Assembly: GCA_963693095.2 (NCBI GenBank)
Contig: OY843768.1
Coordinates: 1,696,001 to 1,760,000, forward strand
From: Cenarchaeum sp.
GTDB taxonomy: Archaea > Thermoproteota > Nitrososphaeria > Nitrososphaerales > Nitrosopumilaceae
DNA length: 64,000 nucleotides
Reading direction: 5' to 3'
Below the pieces are notes generated by a model. That model did not search any database. It saw only the letters and a program-made list of their open reading frames with translations, and was not told the origin of the DNA. The translations under genes were made by a program, and so were the position numbers. Every line of letters starts with the position of its first letter. Positions within the stretch are counted from its first letter, which is position 1. Shown here piece by piece: positions 62,798 to 64,000 of the stretch.

Positions 62798-64000
62798 ATG
62801 GATATCCCGCTGTGGCCACTCGCCCTCGTGCTCCTCATGCCACTCATCGCCGCGCACGCCGATGCGCCCCTTGCGGCAGTTCACGAGATAGCCCTTGCGT
62901 CTGTGGACCTTGCCGCCGAGGGACTAGAGGCCGGCGACGTGGACACGGCGGCCGCACACGCGAGATTCGCCGCCGAGTTCTTTGCGACCCATGCCTCGGG
63001 CAACGAGGATGCCCACCTCCTGCTCCTTGACGTCAGCACACTAGTCTCCCTGGGCGACATCGAGCGCGCCTCGCGCGCCGCCGAGTCCGCCTCTGAGGAG
63101 CTTTACCGCGGCGTTGGCACCATGGGTTCGGCCGACCACGTTGAGCTGCTCGCCGTTGCACAAAAGGCGTATCGCGAGGCAACGATATACGGCAATGTCG
63201 CCTCTGCCGAGCTTGCAATCGCGCTGGCCTCGCGCGTGGCCGAGCTTGCCCCCGATGATCGCCTTGATTCCATTGTGGCTCGCATGCGCGCAAATGATGC
63301 CGACTATGAGGGAGTTGCCGGAGACATTGCGTACGCGCAGCGCACTCTCTTTGGCGCAAGCTCTGTGACAGTGGATCCGGCTCACCTCTACGTGACAATC
63401 AGGTCGCTAAACGAAGGCGTGATCGAGGCTGCCACAGCAGACAACTATGAGCTCGCCGACGCGCGCGCCGTGGAGGCGTACCTTGACAACTTTGAGTACC
63501 TCGAGCCGCTCATCGAACAGGTCGACGAGGATCTCATGCTCTCACTAGAGGTCGCAATGCGCGAGCGCCTGCGCGAGCTGATCGCCGATCGTGCCGAGCC
63601 TGCGCTCCTGCGATCGCATATCGAGGAGGCCATACTGCCCGACCTTGCGCGAGCCGAGATCCTCACGGCAGATCTCGAGTACGGTGACGCCGTGGCCAGC
63701 GCGCTTGCCACGCCGGGCGCCTCCACTGCGCGCATGGGATCTGCCTCTGAGGTACAAAAGTCGACGGTTCGCACAGAGATAGACGAAATTAGGGCGCTGC
63801 TCACCGAGGCGTCTAGGAGCCACAGGGCCGGCGAGTACGAGGAGGCCTATGCCGCCACACGCTCGGCGTACCTTGACAGCTATGAGCTCATCGAGGTTCC
63901 GTTGCGCACGATCAGCCCCGACTTTACGCTCGAAGTCGAGCACCAGTTCGCCGAGCTGAGAAACCTCGTGCGCGGGCCGGCCGAGCGCGAGGACGTCAGG
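62798..64000 (+). CDS. N-terminal part of a probable FTR1-family iron permease (runs off window)
   Basis: Manual translation: signal peptide, repeated AYLDNFEYLE / AYLDSYELIE helical motifs. The permease domain itself is not visible. Confidence 0.65.
   Translation, partial: MDIPLWPLALVLLMPLIAAHADAPLAAVHEIALASVDLAAEGLEAGDVDTAAAHARFAAEFFATHASGNEDAHLLLLDVSTLVSLGDIERASRAAESASEELYRGVGTMGSADHVELLAVAQKAYREATIYGNVASAELAIALASRVAELAPDDRLDSIVARMRANDADYEGVAGDIAYAQRTLFGASSVTVDPAHLYVTIRSLNEGVIEAATADNYELADARAVEAYLDNFEYLEPLIEQVDEDLMLSLEVAMRERLRELIADRAEPALLRSHIEEAILPDLARAEILTADLEYGDAVASALATPGASTARMGSASEVQKSTVRTEIDEIRALLTEASRSHRAGEYEEAYAATRSAYLDSYELIEVPLRTISPDFTLEVEHQFAELRNLVRGPAEREDVR

Overview
This is a GC-rich archaeal chromosome segment. 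Gene content (PolD DP1/DP2, Cdc6/Orc1, GINS, PCNA, thermosome, GGGP synthase, cobalamin genes, CFI-box-CTERM proteins) points to Nitrososphaerota/Nitrosopumilaceae. A host-associated lineage is possible but only inferred. The window holds the probable replication origin upstream of cdc6, an intact IS481-family element with a 15-bp target duplication, a 2239-aa surface metalloprotease/adhesin and a low-GC defence island. Four observations stand out. (1) An M.HpaII-like C5 DNA methyltransferase has 34 tandem GGCA units between its only candidate start codon and motif I, and is currently out of frame: a candidate archaeal phase-variable R-M/epigenetic switch. (2) An origin-adjacent cassette encodes a membrane-anchored winged-helix protein and carries a dense array of GTGAT[A/G]T motifs: a candidate centromere/tether system. 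(3) A circularly permuted six-repeat Ig cassette is inserted in frame into another domain of the giant surface protein. (4) Two copies of an unannotated 47-aa peptide gene with a hypervariable core flank a 3-TM effector-like gene. Family assignments come from motif recognition by eye; no database searches were run.
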